This document shows positions 62,695 through 64,000 of a stretch of DNA of 64,000 nt, piece after piece (the first letter of the stretch is position 1; each line of letters starts with the position of its first letter). The notes under the pieces were generated by a model. That model had not been told where the DNA came from, searched no databases, and saw only the letters and a program-made list of their open reading frames with translations. The stretch lies in contig NC_087436.1 in NCBI RefSeq assembly GCF_036321535.1, forward strand, positions 99,388,001-99,452,000, in the 5' to 3' direction. A program made the position numbers and the translations under genes. The stretch is from Camelus dromedarius. Taxonomy: Eukaryota.

Positions 62695-64000
62695 ATGTTA
62701 TATGCCCCTTTCTCTTCCCACTGCTGCTCAGAAGAAATCTAAAAGTGTGAATTAGAAGGAGATAAATGAGTCAAAAAGATTAGATGTAAGCTTCTTATTA
62801 GGACAATCTTTTGTAAGTAAATTGGAGTTACAAAATGGGAGTTGGCTGTACTTCTCTTTTTATAGATCAACTCTAATTGTAATAAAAATAAGTTTGGTGG
62901 TTTAAGCATAAGAATAATGAAATAACAAGAACTCAAAAAATCATCTGTTAGATATATGTATTTTTAATATACTTAAAGACTTTTATAATACAATTTTTCA
63001 AGTATCTAATAATAGATTTCACCTACACCATGTTAAATTAGTAATATTTGTTTCAATCAGTACTATAAGAAATCAAAAGATTGAGTATGTTTCCTGAGAA
63101 TTTTCTAATTCTGTTTTGGATATAGGAACACCTGTTATTAAATTTGATAACCAGATGTGCTGTATTTAAGGGGGAAAAAATGGTTTGCCTTAATCTATGA
63201 CTGTCCTCTCAAAAGAAACTCACTTAGAGTCACGTGATTGAAGAGTTTTTAAAAAATTGCAGTTAGGAGTTTTGTCTGCAGAATCTTGCTATGACAACAT
63301 TAATCTGTCCTAATTTTTATTTCATTGTAAAAATAATTGCCTGATGAATAGAGTTTAAGATTTTTTTTTAATATCAATTAGGTGACCAGGCATGAAGAAT
63401 ATAAACAGCCTACATCACACTGGAACTGCATTAATCTTCCTTCCTGGGGATGACTTCTTTAAAAAAAAAGAAGGGTCATTTTCACAGTCTGTCTTCATAC
63501 ACATTCTGTTAGAGATTTTAGCTAAGTAAACTCCATCATTAAAGTGATAGCATGCTAATATGCATAGCAGATTCCTTTAATTGATGATGTATTTTTCAAT
63601 TTTTCCATGTAGGAATTCTCAGACATATCTCTTTTCCTGTCTATGAGAAATTGTTTTAGGTTTTCTTTCCTCTCTATAAGTAGAACTGGTAAAAACTGAG
63701 ACAACCTCATTATCAATAATTCATACTTAATCATGCTGCATTGGCATTTGATGAGAGCATTGTGCTGTATATTCTTTTAGACTTACTGTCCTATAATGCA
63801 ACCATTTGAATATGAGACTTAGGATTATTAGGAAAGAATCAACAGATTATACCCAGATTTACAGTGGTTTATTCCAGTGGTACTATTAGGATTGTAAAGC
63901 TTTCAAAGACAATCACTAAAGTTCTCAATCCAGAGTGAAAAAAATAGCTTGCCTGAAAGGAAAAGCGTTTTCAGGGGAACAAAACCATTTAATGCGTTTT

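Overview
AT-rich, CpG-depleted mammalian non-coding DNA (intergenic or deep intronic), most likely from a camelid (alpaca/camel). The evidence is a vic-1-like tRNA-derived SINE at 6667-6768, camelid-type L1 3' ends, and no Alu, B1/B2 or Bov-A/Bov-tA that I could see. I found no intact protein-coding gene, RNA gene, CRISPR array or prokaryote-type system. All listed ORFs are short and either lie in repeats or lack recognisable homology; the only protein-like ones are L1 ORF1p/ORF2-3'UTR remnants. Much of the window is interspersed repeat: old L2/MIR/MaLR/hAT/Tigger fossils, several L1 fragments and at least eight solo ERV LTRs, several with readable target-site duplications (TSDs). The most interesting features are small. 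They include a cluster of four solo LTRs in 4 kb, an intact 6-bp-TSD betaretrovirus-like LTR, two ultra-short L1 insertions with possible 3' transductions, a polyadenylated LTR R-region copy, local duplication/hairpin scars and a few repeat-free, motif-dense candidate enhancers. Repeat family names come from my memory of consensus sequences, were not checked by search, and need RepeatMasker/Dfam confirmation. I did not find a convincing novel biological system.
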